From Phycisphaerales bacterium (GTDB lineage: Bacteria; Planctomycetota; Phycisphaerae; Phycisphaerales; SM1A02): a DNA stretch of 64,000 bases. The notes below the pieces were generated by a model. That model was given only the letters and a program-made list of their open reading frames with translations, had not been told where the DNA came from and did not search any database. The DNA lies in the NCBI GenBank assembly GCA_030749435.1, contig JASMKH010000011.1, positions 3,325-67,324 on the forward strand. Reading direction: 5' to 3'. The position numbers and the translations under genes were made by a program. Positions 1 to 9,952 of the stretch are shown here, piece by piece (within the stretch, counting starts at the first letter, position 1; every line of letters starts with the position of its first letter).

Positions 1-558
1 GATGATCGGGGCGCCGATCGAGCGAGGCAGGTTGGGGTCGATGCCGTAGACCGCTGCAGGGCGGATCACGGTGAAGTGCAGATCGTGCGAGGCGGCAAGC
101 GCCCAGAGGTGGGACTCGAGGGCCGCTTTGCACGCGCCGTACAACCCCCCGGGCCGCGTGGGATGGGCGTGATCAATCAACCCGTTCCAGGCGGGGAGCA
201 TGGTGTGGTGGACCGCGACGGAACTGACGAAAACGACCGGGATGTTCGCAGAGGCCGCGAGATTGAAGAGTTCGATCGATGCCACGAGATTGGTGTCGAG
301 ATGCGCCGCAATGCGGCCATCGTGGATCAGGCCCCAGTTGACGGCGTTGTGAATCAAGGCATCGGCGCCCTCGAGCAGACCCTGATGCGACTCGCGGTCC
401 TCGGTCGATCCCTCGACGAATGCATCGACGGCGTTCCGGATGTGATCGCGTCTGCTCTGCGGGCGTACGAGTACACGTACCCGGTGCCCCTGATCGGCGA
501 GAAGTCGGGTTGTGACGGAGCCGATGAAGCCGCTGCCGCCGGTCATGGCAATGTTCAT
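1..558 (-). CDS. NAD-dependent epimerase/dehydratase (extended SDR); N-terminal 186 codons, 3' end runs off the window
   Basis: Minus-strand frame is open from ATG at 558 to base 1 (checked codon by codon). It is absent from the ORF track because there is no stop in the window. Translation MNIAMTGGSGFIGS... has Rossmann GxxGxxG and a later YGACK (YxxxK) motif. Confidence 0.8.
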   Translation of the reverse strand, partial: MNIAMTGGSGFIGSVTTRLLADQGHRVRVLVRPQSRRDHIRNAVDAFVEGSTEDRESHQGLLEGADALIHNAVNWGLIHDGRIAAHLDTNLVASIELFNLAASANIPVVFVSSVAVHHTMLPAWNGLIDHAHPTRPGGLYGACKAALESHLWALAASHDLHFTVIRPAAVYGIDPNLPRSIGAPII

Positions 559-608
559 GCCACCAGCGTATCGCGACCTCCCACACCTGTAGAATCCGGG
601 CCATCTTC

Positions 609-3600
609 ATGCCCCGATCGAACCGAATCCGACGCGTTCTCCGGTACTCGATCTGGGGTGGCCTTGCGATCGGCGTCATCCTGGCCCTGCTCGCGGCCCT
701 GCTGGTGTACCGGCCGACGACCTTTGCCTTCGTGCTCGAGCGATCGCTCGGGAAGATTATCGGCGGCGACGTCGAGATCGACCGTATCGCCTGGATGGAC
801 GGGGGGGACGTGGCGCTCGGTGGAATGAGCGTCCGCGTTCCGGGTCTCGATGGTCCGGCTGGCGAGGTGATCGTCATCGACGACATGACGCTGCGGTGGT
901 CGTACCGGCAGTGGGGCTTTCTGGCCGAAAGTCTGGTAATTCATGACGCGACGGTCCGCCTGGTCGAGCAGGGGGACTGGGAGTTGACGCTCGGCGGATT
1001 GCATCCGGATGGCGCCCGTGACATCACAGGGGGCATGTCCCCAGAGAGCGTGGCGGAGACCGCACTCGAGATCCCGAGGATCTCGATCGAGTCCATGCGG
1101 CTGGTCAGTGGTGAACTGGTCGAGGGTCACTATGGGGTGACCGGGGAAGCGACTTTCACCGGCGAGATATCACCGCTCGCCGATGACTCCGGCACCGCTA
1201 CGTTCTCGCTTCGGGAGAAGGGCCGGGGAGGGGCATCGTTCGCCGGCACCATCGATCCCGCCGATGAGCATCTCTTCGCCGCGGCAGAGGGCGTGTCGTT
1301 GGGGCCGGACTCACAGTCGCTGGTCCCGTTCCGGTCACTGCGCCGCATCGCACGGCAACTGGAACTCAAGGGCGAAGTGACGATCGAGATGTACATCGGC
1401 CGGAACACCGTGCCCTCGGCGTCGATGGATCTGCTCTCGCTGTCGCTTCGCTTGGACCCTGCCGTGTTCGGAGAGACAGACGGCACCGGGTTCTGGAAGA
1501 TGTACCGCAATGGCCAGGTCGATGCGGAAGCGGTGCCGCCGATCCTGTTCGTCGATTCCGGTTGGATGGAGTTCCGTGGCGACACTTTCAGGATCAGCGG
1601 CGCCGAGGGGTACATCGATGCTGGCGAGCGATGGATCGACGCCATCAAGCTTCCGTATCACGTTGACCTGGAGGTCTCCCAACTTCCAGACATCGGATCG
1701 ATGGACGACATGGAACAGGCGGCGGGCATCCTCGCCGGAGTGCCATTCGACCTGGAGGTCACCGCCCATGACTTCAGTTTCGAGCCGGATCGCGGCGCGG
1801 TCGTCCCGGCGGAGATGGCTCGGATTCTGAAGATGTTCGAGGTGAGCCAATGCGATGTGGACATGGCGTTGGTGCTCGGTCGGCAGGAGACCGGCGGAGC
1901 CGTTGAAGCAAGCGGCACGTTGAAACTGGCCGATGGGCGGGGGGCGTACGAGAACTTCCCGTATCCGCTCCACAATCTGAATGCGGAGATCAAGCTGCAG
2001 GGAGACGACATTCTCGTTGAGACGCTCAATGCGGAGGGCAGCGCGAATTCACAGGTCGGAATCACCGGCCGCGTCGAAGCGAGTCGCGGGATCGATCTGG
2101 CAGTTGGGATCTTTGCGGAAAACGTGCCGCTTGACGAGTACCTGCTGGATGCGGTGCCGCCCCGGGCGGAAGCGACGCTCCGCGAGGTGTTCAGCAGCGA
2201 GCACATCAATGAGCCGGCGAGTGAGTCGTCCCGGCACCAGCGGGTCGATCTGTCGCTGCTCGTCGAACAGCGTGAGATACCCGCTCCGCCGGGAGGCTCG
2301 GAGGACTACGAACTCAGCATCAGGGGCACGATCCCATTCGAGGATCTCCAGATAACCTGGGCCGAGTTTCCAGTCACGCTCGATTTGAAGAAGGGCTGGC
2401 TGCGATGGGCCGACGACATGATGTATCTGGAGCAGGAGGATGGCGAGCCCATCGCCATCGAGACGGCGCAGGGGGGCGGCCGGGGGACACTCGCTGGTGC
2501 CATCCACATCCCCGAGGGCGATGGTCCCGGCGGCGGGTGGATCGACTTCGCGGTTGAGGACGAGCAGATTGATACGAATCTGCTCGCGGCGCTGCATCAC
2601 GTCAGCCGCGGCGAAACCGAGCCGCTCAGCCAGGGTGGTCTGGACGGTCTGCTGGAGGCGTCGGGCCACATTCAGATCGACGGGACACAGGTCGACTACG
2701 ACGTCTCCACCATGCTTCGGCGGGGGTCGCTTGCGGTGACCCCCTCGTTGGTCACCATGGTCGGGCTGGACCTTGAGGGGCCGCTGGGTGGCATGGACCT
2801 GCTGCATCTGGACGGCTCGATTCAACTCAGCAGCGAGCGGGGGCTCGTGTTCAATCCGATGCTGGTTCGCGCCGGTGAGGTTGACGCGCAGATTGCCGGC
2901 ACATTGGATGGTGGCACGGGGTTGAAAGTGGATGCGACCGGGCTTCACGTCGGGCGGTGGGTGCTCGATTTCACTTCCACCCAGTGGCGAGACCGACTCT
3001 CCGAACTCTGGACGGTTCGGAATCCGGAGGGACACTTTGCCATCTCGGCGACTCTGACGCCGGATCCGCAAGCCCAAACGAGACTCGCCGCGCTTGAGAT
3101 TGTGGATCTCGACGTTGCGCTCGAGCCGACCCAGCGGGTTCTGCTTCGAGACGGTGCGATTCGAATTGCCGATGATGCGTTCGATTTCAACTCGGTTCGG
3201 TTCGCGGTGTTGGCGCCCGGGCAGGATGTCTCGAACATCGAAGTGCGGGGCACTGCCCATATGGGCGACGGGGAGTCCGACTTGAGGATCGACTCCGAGC
3301 ATCTTGAGGTGCAGACGCCGCTGTTTGGAGACGCCGTGGCGCTGCTCGCGGGGCCGGAGGGTGATGAGACGTGGCAGTCGCTGCAGCCCCGGGGCGTCGT
3401 TTCGATGCACGCGGCCTGGCAACGTGCTCGGAACCGGGACACTTGGGGTGTCGACATTCTGCCTCGGGAGGTGTCAGCCTTGTGGGGTGAGACGCGGCTG
3501 CACTTCGTTGACGGTGGGGGGAGCTTGCTTCGACTGCAGCCAGACGAGATTCGAATTGAGCGGCTCGCTGGATCGGCCAGCGAGATGGAGGTCGCTGTGG

Positions 3601-4637
3601 TCGGAGCGATGCGGTACGCGCCGAAGCGGATCTCGATCGGCGGTTCATGCTCGGGCAGCCTCGGATCGAAGCTGCTCAGAACACTGGCCGGCCCGGCCTG
3701 GAGCCGTGTTCTGGAGGACATCGAGTTCGCCGATCAGGGACTGACCCGCATCGACGGGCTTCACGTGGATCTGGAGGAAGGCGCGGGCGGGTGGTCCGGG
3801 GCACTGTCGGGCGAGATCGCCTTGAACGAGGCTGCACTGACAACCGGCATTCGCCTGACAAAGGTGTCTGCCGATGTTGAGGCGGCCATCGAGTTCGTCG
3901 ATGATCAACCCCTCATCGACCTGGTCGTTCGAAACGCCTGCGGTCTTGCGATCAAGGCGCCCTTCCGGGACATCCGGGGGAGAATCGTCACCGACGCCGA
4001 GCAGTCGACGCGGCTGATGCTCGACGACCTTGTCGGCGAGTTGGGCGGCGGACTCGTGGTTGTTGACGGCCTTGTCGATCCCGACGCATGGCAGGTGGGC
4101 ATCGCCGTGGCCAATGCCAGACTCGCGAAGCTCTTCCCCTCCCCCCCGGAAGCGTCTGGGGAGGCGCCGACCGGCGAAGTCGACGCCGCCCTGCATCTTC
4201 GAGGGCGGCCCGGGCACCCCGAGGCGCTTGCGGGAACCGGGTCATTCCGGGTCTCTTGTGGGCACCTTCGAACGCTGCCGGCACTGGTGGCGATCCAGCA
4301 GGTGATGCATCTCTCATCGCCGGTGGTCGGCGCGTTGTCCTTTGTCGATGTCGACTTCGTCATTCAGGGAGGAACGGCGATGCTGGAGACGATCATGCTC
4401 GCAAGCGGCCCGACCGGCCAGGGCGGGTTCAGTCTGGTCGGTGACGGGACGCTGGAGATCGAGACGATGCTCGTCGAGGCGGACCTGCGCCCGAGGGGGG
4501 CCTGGCCGATCGTGAGTGATGTCATCGGCGCGATTCAGGATCAGTTGTATGAGGTTCGGATGACCGGACACATCGGCGACCCGGAGGTCGGCTTTCAGGC
4601 GTTCCCGGGGCTGCTCGGCGGGGGCGGGGGCCGCTGA
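609..4637 (+). CDS. Large (1342 aa) membrane-anchored protein, possibly AsmA/TamB-like; function unknown
   Basis: Longest ORF in the region. N-terminal basic stretch plus TM helix (IWGGLAIGVILALLAALLVY), then a long non-repetitive body and a Gly-rich C-terminus. The AsmA/TamB resemblance rests on architecture only. Confidence 0.8.
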   Translation: MPRSNRIRRVLRYSIWGGLAIGVILALLAALLVYRPTTFAFVLERSLGKIIGGDVEIDRIAWMDGGDVALGGMSVRVPGLDGPAGEVIVIDDMTLRWSYRQWGFLAESLVIHDATVRLVEQGDWELTLGGLHPDGARDITGGMSPESVAETALEIPRISIESMRLVSGELVEGHYGVTGEATFTGEISPLADDSGTATFSLREKGRGGASFAGTIDPADEHLFAAAEGVSLGPDSQSLVPFRSLRRIARQLELKGEVTIEMYIGRNTVPSASMDLLSLSLRLDPAVFGETDGTGFWKMYRNGQVDAEAVPPILFVDSGWMEFRGDTFRISGAEGYIDAGERWIDAIKLPYHVDLEVSQLPDIGSMDDMEQAAGILAGVPFDLEVTAHDFSFEPDRGAVVPAEMARILKMFEVSQCDVDMALVLGRQETGGAVEASGTLKLADGRGAYENFPYPLHNLNAEIKLQGDDILVETLNAEGSANSQVGITGRVEASRGIDLAVGIFAENVPLDEYLLDAVPPRAEATLREVFSSEHINEPASESSRHQRVDLSLLVEQREIPAPPGGSEDYELSIRGTIPFEDLQITWAEFPVTLDLKKGWLRWADDMMYLEQEDGEPIAIETAQGGGRGTLAGAIHIPEGDGPGGGWIDFAVEDEQIDTNLLAALHHVSRGETEPLSQGGLDGLLEASGHIQIDGTQVDYDVSTMLRRGSLAVTPSLVTMVGLDLEGPLGGMDLLHLDGSIQLSSERGLVFNPMLVRAGEVDAQIAGTLDGGTGLKVDATGLHVGRWVLDFTSTQWRDRLSELWTVRNPEGHFAISATLTPDPQAQTRLAALEIVDLDVALEPTQRVLLRDGAIRIADDAFDFNSVRFAVLAPGQDVSNIEVRGTAHMGDGESDLRIDSEHLEVQTPLFGDAVALLAGPEGDETWQSLQPRGVVSMHAAWQRARNRDTWGVDILPREVSALWGETRLHFVDGGGSLLRLQPDEIRIERLAGSASEMEVAVVGAMRYAPKRISIGGSCSGSLGSKLLRTLAGPAWSRVLEDIEFADQGLTRIDGLHVDLEEGAGGWSGALSGEIALNEAALTTGIRLTKVSADVEAAIEFVDDQPLIDLVVRNACGLAIKAPFRDIRGRIVTDAEQSTRLMLDDLVGELGGGLVVVDGLVDPDAWQVGIAVANARLAKLFPSPPEASGEAPTGEVDAALHLRGRPGHPEALAGTGSFRVSCGHLRTLPALVAIQQVMHLSSPVVGALSFVDVDFVIQGGTAMLETIMLASGPTGQGGFSLVGDGTLEIETMLVEADLRPRGAWPIVSDVIGAIQDQLYEVRMTGHIGDPEVGFQAFPGLLGGGGGR

Positions 4638-4679
4638 CCGACTCGGAGGCCGATCGCTCGGGGTACAGTACGCCGTTCC

Positions 4680-5735
4680 ATGGACAGACAACCCCCCCGA
4701 CCGGATACGACCAGAGAAGGACTTCGCAGAGAGGTGGAGGCGTTCGTGCGTTCGCTCGCCCCCGAGGTTCCCGAAGACCGCAGAAGCCACGTCGAGGACA
4801 TGATGCGCACCGCCATCCGCCTCCTCGATGACGGAAGCGATGACGGACAACTGCGGCTGGTGAGTCGCGCCGTTCGCGAGATTCGGCACTCGTGGGTCCT
4901 GTTCAACCAGTACCGCGGAACCCGCAAGGTCACGATCTACGGTTCAGCCAGAACGCCCGAGGATCACTCGGACTACATCGCCGCCAGGGAGTTCAGCGGC
5001 CTGATGGCAGGCCACGACTGGATGACGATTACCGGTGCCGGCGACGGAATCATGAAGGCCGGACACGAGGGACCCAGTCGCGAGTCCATTTTCGGTTTGC
5101 GGATCAGGCTGCCGTTCGAGACGTCCGCGAACGCAGTCATCGAAGGTGACCCGAAGCTTGTGAGCTTTCGGTACTTCTTCACGCGGAAACTCATGTTCAT
5201 GGCGCACGCCGATGCGGTCGCGGTCTTCCCCGGCGGTTTTGGGACGATGGATGAGTTGTTCGAGTGCCTGACGCTGATTCAGACCGGCAAGTCCAACGTG
5301 ATTCCGGTGGTGCTGCTGGAGGGGGCCGGACGGACCTACTGGGAAGACTGGCTCGCCTTCATCACCGAGCACCTGTGCGACAACGAGTGGATCTCTCCGG
5401 AGGATCTCTCGCTGCTGCATATTGCCGAGAGCCCGGAGGATGCGGATCGCCACGTCCGGCTGTTCTATCGACGGTATCACTCGGCGCGGTACGTCGGCGC
5501 GACGTATGTGCTTCGACTCGTCACACCCCTGAGTGAGGCTCAGGTGGCCATGCTCGGTGAGGAGTTCGCCGATCTGGTCGACGCTGGTGAAATGCGGCAG
5601 TGCGATGCGCTCCCGGGGGAGACCGATCACCTCGACCTGCCTCGACTGGCCTTTGTCCACACGCGGCGGGGGTGGGGACGAGTTCGTGAGTTGATCGACC
5701 GAATCAACCTGCTTCCGCTCGACGGGTCATGTTGA
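4680..5735 (+). CDS. LOG-family / TIGR00730-type nucleotide 5'-monophosphate nucleosidase (PpnN-like)
   Basis: TIYGSAR..., ITGAGDGIMKAGHEG and the PGGFGTMDELFE (PGGxGTxxE) signature. Confidence 0.8.
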   Translation: MDRQPPRPDTTREGLRREVEAFVRSLAPEVPEDRRSHVEDMMRTAIRLLDDGSDDGQLRLVSRAVREIRHSWVLFNQYRGTRKVTIYGSARTPEDHSDYIAAREFSGLMAGHDWMTITGAGDGIMKAGHEGPSRESIFGLRIRLPFETSANAVIEGDPKLVSFRYFFTRKLMFMAHADAVAVFPGGFGTMDELFECLTLIQTGKSNVIPVVLLEGAGRTYWEDWLAFITEHLCDNEWISPEDLSLLHIAESPEDADRHVRLFYRRYHSARYVGATYVLRLVTPLSEAQVAMLGEEFADLVDAGEMRQCDALPGETDHLDLPRLAFVHTRRGWGRVRELIDRINLLPLDGSC

Positions 5736-6376
5736 CCCGTCTTGCTGCTGCGCTGTGTTTCGTCGCGGGGTGTGCTGTAGATCCCGGGCCACCCCCGAGC
5801 ACCAGCCCTGCCTTGTCACCGCAGCCAATGACCATACAAGTCGCCGGAGAAGGCACCGAGGTGCACGCGATACGGAGCGACGCCACGATCGGGGAGATTC
5901 ACCGTGCAGTGGTGCGATCGGCCGCGCGGCGACTGACCGGCGATGCTGATGAAGCGGTCGGTCTCGAACTGGCCGTTCTTGATGTCGAGGGCATCGATGC
6001 CATGATTCGAGCCCAGACCGGGGCCGATGTCACCGTCCCGGAGTGGCTGGGCATTCCCGTTCGTTGGCACCGCGTGGCAGCGGGACCGGCGTCGATGATT
6101 CTGGTGCGGTCCTGGCCGATGATCACCGAACTGGGGCCTCGCGCGGTCGTGGAGTACAAGGTGGTCACGAGTGATGGCGGGGCGGCGCACCGCGAACTTC
6201 TTCTCGTCCCGGGCCAGGCCGTGGTGCTCGTTCCCGGCGCAGCATCGTGGCCGGCAGATCCCGAACTGCAGGAACCTCCGTCCTCGCCAACGGCTGCGGC
6301 GATGGGCTGGTCGCACCGCCGATCAGAAGCCGTCATCGGGATGATCCTGCTCGTTCCCAGATTCGAGCCGCTGTGA
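5729..6376 (+). CDS. Hypothetical lipoprotein
   Basis: Signal peptide with lipobox (LCFVAGC). The ATG overlaps the upstream stop by 7 nt. Codon bias is consistent with coding. Confidence 0.65.
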   Translation: MLTRLAAALCFVAGCAVDPGPPPSTSPALSPQPMTIQVAGEGTEVHAIRSDATIGEIHRAVVRSAARRLTGDADEAVGLELAVLDVEGIDAMIRAQTGADVTVPEWLGIPVRWHRVAAGPASMILVRSWPMITELGPRAVVEYKVVTSDGGAAHRELLLVPGQAVVLVPGAASWPADPELQEPPSSPTAAAMGWSHRRSEAVIGMILLVPRFEPL

Positions 6377-6408
6377 TGGCCGAGCGGTTCGATCGATAGA
6401 ATGCATCG

Positions 6409-7359
6409 ATGCGACTGGAAGAGGAATCACGGAAGCAGGCTCCTGAACACGTGGGGTCCCGGCGACGACTCGCTGCGAAGCCCCTGAGTGGTCTGCCTCG
6501 GCTGCGACGCATTGGACCGGCGGGCGTCTGGCCGACCCTGCTGACGCTCGGGAATCTGGTCGCTGGCTTCGCGGCCATTCATTACGCAGCCAAGCCGGTC
6601 ACCGAGTCGGGTGTGTATGGACCTTGGGCGTGGAGCAGTCTGACGGTGGCGGCCTCATTGGTGCTGCTCGGTATCGTGCTCGACTCGTTCGATGGCGCGG
6701 TGGCAAGGTTGACCGACAGCGTGACCGAGATGGGCGGGCAACTCGACTCACTCGCGGACGTCGTGACCTTTGGCGTCGCGCCTGCATTCATCATGCTCAA
6801 CCTGCTCAGTCAGTATCTGGGATCGGCCGAACCGATCGTCAGCCCCGGCGCAGGACACGCGCTGGCCAAGTTCTGCTGGGCGATTGCCGCGATCTACGTG
6901 TGCTGCGGCGCGCTCCGACTCGCTCGATTCAATGTAGAGACGGCCAGCGGCCGCCTGGGGGACCATATGCAGTTCAGAGGCCTGCCCAGTCCCGGCGCGG
7001 CCGGTGCCATCGTCGGCCTGGTGCTGCTGCACGAGCACGTCGAGGCGATTCGGCAAGGTTCCGAATCTGCAGTACTCTCCGGGATTGCAGCGGCGGTGGT
7101 GCTTCTGGTGCCGCTCATCGTGCTGCTGGCGGCCATCATGATGGTCTCCGCGGTGCCCTATCCGCACATGGCGAACAAGTACCTGCGGGGGGCCCGGTCG
7201 TTCACGTATCTGGTCCGCGCCGCCATCGTGCTCTCATGCGCCATCTGGTGGCTTCAGGAGACATTGGCAATCGTGTTCCTGCTCTACGTCCTCTCGGGTC
7301 CGTACAGGCTGTGTATGGGCAGGTTCGGTACCGCTCAAGGTCAGGAGACTACTTCATGA
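6409..7359 (+). CDS. pssA: CDP-diacylglycerol--serine O-phosphatidyltransferase (CDP-alcohol phosphatidyltransferase family)
   Basis: DSFDGAVARL...GGQLDSLADVVTFGVAP matches the DGx2ARx7-8Gx3Dx3D motif with a PssA-type DSLAD..FG.AP tail. Multi-TM protein. Confidence 0.8.
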   Translation: MRLEEESRKQAPEHVGSRRRLAAKPLSGLPRLRRIGPAGVWPTLLTLGNLVAGFAAIHYAAKPVTESGVYGPWAWSSLTVAASLVLLGIVLDSFDGAVARLTDSVTEMGGQLDSLADVVTFGVAPAFIMLNLLSQYLGSAEPIVSPGAGHALAKFCWAIAAIYVCCGALRLARFNVETASGRLGDHMQFRGLPSPGAAGAIVGLVLLHEHVEAIRQGSESAVLSGIAAAVVLLVPLIVLLAAIMMVSAVPYPHMANKYLRGARSFTYLVRAAIVLSCAIWWLQETLAIVFLLYVLSGPYRLCMGRFGTAQGQETTS

Positions 7360-9023
7360 GTGTGCGTACCAGGTTCGCGCCAAGCCCGAGCGGCCACCTG
7401 CACGTCGGTGGGGCCCGCTCCGCGCTGTTCTGCTGGGCGTTTGCCGCCAATCACGGCGGGACGTTTCTGCTGCGGATCGAGGACACGGACCAAAAGCGGT
7501 CCAGTGATGCGGCAAGCAGAGGCTTCCTTGAAGACCTTGCATGGCTCGGGCTCGATTGGGATGAAGGGCCCCTGTGGCATGGCCGCGGTGGGGGCGAGAC
7601 CGGCCCGTATGAGCAGTCGAATCGGCTTGACATCTATGAGCAGTACCTGTCCCGGTTGGTCGCTGCCGGTCACGCGTACCACGCTTTCGAGACACCCGAA
7701 GAACTGGCCGAGGCTCGCCGACTTGCCAGAGCGGAGAAGCGAGCGTATCGCTACGATCGCGCGGCGCTCAATCTGGATCCGGACACGGTCGCTGCATGGC
7801 TCGCCGAGGGCCGTCCACACGTCGTGCGGTTCAGGGTCCCGGACGACTCGCCGATCATCATTCAGGACGCCGTACTTGGCGAAGTGCGTGTTGAACCTGG
7901 TGAACTCGAGGACTTCATCATTCGCAAGGCCGACGGGTTCCCGACCTATCACCTCGCGGTGGTCGTGGACGACCACCTCATGGGCGTCACCCACGTCATT
8001 CGTGGACAGGAACACCTGGCCAACAGTCCCAAGCATGCACTGCTGCAGGATGCACTCGGTTTCGATCGGCCGGTCTGGGCGCATGTGTCATTGATCTTCA
8101 ATCCGGATGGCTCGAAGATGTCCAAGCGGGACAAGGACAAGGCGCTCCGCGCCGAGGTGCGGACACGGGGTCTGGACTCGCCGCCGGAGGGCGCTGAGAT
8201 CGACGAGCAGCGCTGGGAGTCGTGGCTTGGCGACAAGACGGCCCAGTTGGAGACCGAGGAGGCCTCGCGGCTGGCTGGTGTTTTGGGGATTGACCTTCCC
8301 GCGATCAACGTCGATGACTTCCGACGTGCGGGCTATTTGCCCGAGGTGCTGCTGAACTACCTGGCCCTGCTTGGATGGTCACCCGGTGGTGATCGTGAGC
8401 AATTCGATCTGGCGTTCGTCCGGGAGAACTTCGGGCTCGATCGAATCATCAAGAGCCCTGCGAAGTTCGATCGCTCCAAGTTGCTTGCATTCAATCTGGA
8501 TGCGATTCAGGCAATGGACGACGATCAGTTCGTGGTGCGGCTCCATGCATTCTGTCAGGACTTTGAACCGATGTTTCTGGAGTCGATGACTCCGCATCAA
8601 TTCAAGTTGTTTGCGCGGGCCAACAAGGAGCGGAGCAAGACGTTCCGCGATCCTATTGAGTCGGGCCGTTTCTTCATCGAACAGGATGAGGTCATCACGT
8701 GGCCAGCGACCAAGGCGATCCGCAAGGCCCTCTGCAAGGGTGAGCCCTGTGGTTTTGACCGTCTCGCCGCGGTCCGCGATCTGCTCGCAAGCGCCGAGCC
8801 GTGGACGCCTGCGCATCTGGAGTCGATGCTGACCACATGGGCCGATGCCAATTGCGACGGTAACCTCGGCAAGATCGCGCAGCCGATTCGCGTCGCCGTC
8901 AGCGGCGGCCCGGTCAGTCCACCGATCTTCGATACGCTCGACATTCTGGGTCGCGATGCCGTGATCGCGAGGATCGACCGTTGCCTGGCTTCCCGTGGGG
9001 AACTCGAGGAGGCCGCTCTATGA
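7356..9023 (+). CDS. gltX: Glutamate--tRNA ligase
   Basis: Internal ATG at 7356 (ATGA overlap with the pssA stop) gives MSVRTRFAPSPSGHLHVGG (HIGH motif). KMSKR (KMSKS) motif is present. The 6624 start in the ORF track is an upstream extension overlapping pssA. Confidence 0.93.
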   Translation: MSVRTRFAPSPSGHLHVGGARSALFCWAFAANHGGTFLLRIEDTDQKRSSDAASRGFLEDLAWLGLDWDEGPLWHGRGGGETGPYEQSNRLDIYEQYLSRLVAAGHAYHAFETPEELAEARRLARAEKRAYRYDRAALNLDPDTVAAWLAEGRPHVVRFRVPDDSPIIIQDAVLGEVRVEPGELEDFIIRKADGFPTYHLAVVVDDHLMGVTHVIRGQEHLANSPKHALLQDALGFDRPVWAHVSLIFNPDGSKMSKRDKDKALRAEVRTRGLDSPPEGAEIDEQRWESWLGDKTAQLETEEASRLAGVLGIDLPAINVDDFRRAGYLPEVLLNYLALLGWSPGGDREQFDLAFVRENFGLDRIIKSPAKFDRSKLLAFNLDAIQAMDDDQFVVRLHAFCQDFEPMFLESMTPHQFKLFARANKERSKTFRDPIESGRFFIEQDEVITWPATKAIRKALCKGEPCGFDRLAAVRDLLASAEPWTPAHLESMLTTWADANCDGNLGKIAQPIRVAVSGGPVSPPIFDTLDILGRDAVIARIDRCLASRGELEEAAL

Positions 9024-9952
9024 GCACGCCGGCGACGCTGAGTGTTCTGCTTGATGGATTGATTGACTACGCCGGTCTGTTTCCTCCGGCGAATCTCGAC
9101 ATGCAGCCCATGGTCGATACCTATCGCCGAGTCATGCTCGATCCGCGAGGGTGGATGGTGGGGCGGGTCATTGTTCCGGTGAGCCGCCTTGAGGAGTTTG
9201 AACTCGCTGCGCAGGCCCTGCTTCCCGACGAAGAAGAGGCAGACCCATGGTGCATCTCCGCACTGGCGTCTCCATGCGGCTCCGATGGTCTGGCACCCGA
9301 CCTCGACGCGATCGCAAGGTTCAATGCGAGGCATTCGGAGGCAGGCGGCGGGAGCGCAGTCATCGATGTTGTCGAACTCAAGGGGACCGAAGCCAAGCTC
9401 ATCGACCAGGCATTGGACATGCTTCCCGACACGCTCTTTCCGTTCGTGGAGATTCCCCTCGACGATGATCCTCGCGGTTTGATTGCGGTTCTTGCCGGGT
9501 CAGAGGCAGCGGCCAAGATTCGAACTGGCGGTGTGACACCGGAGCTGTATCCGTCGAACTCGGCACTGGCCGCGTTCCTTTCGGCATCGGCGGCAGCAGG
9601 TGTCCCATTCAAGGCGACCGCCGGACTGCATCACCCACTGCCCAATGACAACGCGGCCGTCCCCGCGAGGCAGCAGGGGTTTCTGAATGTCTTCGTGGCA
9701 GCGGCGATGGCACTGCATCACGAGCTTGCCCCGGAGACGATTGAGGGGCTTCTCGAATCGGCTGATGTCGGTTCGTTCGACTTTGCCGAGGCAGCGGTGA
9801 GATTCGGCACTCATACCATCTCGCTTGAGGAACTCGAGGAGGCGCGGCTCGGTTTCGCAATCTCCTTCGGGTGCTGCAGCATCGATGAGCCGTGGGAGGA
9901 CCTGCAGGCGCTCGGCCTGCTAGGCGAGGAATCAAGGGAGCACGTTTCGTGA
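9020..9952 (+). CDS. Conserved-looking hypothetical protein, translationally coupled between gltX and fahA
   Basis: ATG at 9020 overlaps the gltX TGA (ATGA). Its TGA overlaps the fahA GTG (GTGA). Globular-looking, non-repetitive sequence with no motif I recognise. Confidence 0.75.
   Translation: MSTPATLSVLLDGLIDYAGLFPPANLDMQPMVDTYRRVMLDPRGWMVGRVIVPVSRLEEFELAAQALLPDEEEADPWCISALASPCGSDGLAPDLDAIARFNARHSEAGGGSAVIDVVELKGTEAKLIDQALDMLPDTLFPFVEIPLDDDPRGLIAVLAGSEAAAKIRTGGVTPELYPSNSALAAFLSASAAAGVPFKATAGLHHPLPNDNAAVPARQQGFLNVFVAAAMALHHELAPETIEGLLESADVGSFDFAEAAVRFGTHTISLEELEEARLGFAISFGCCSIDEPWEDLQALGLLGEESREHVS

Noticed and set aside
6624-7355. Long N-terminal extensions in the ORF track. Examples are gltX from 6624, the MsbA-like gene from 17320, ettA from 50222, the vWA gene from 33778, the GspE-like gene to 28726 and gene G to 41714.
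   Set aside because: The extensions overlap well-supported upstream genes out of frame and translate to Arg/Pro-rich junk. Internal starts give canonical N-termini and the 4-nt overlap junctions typical of this window.
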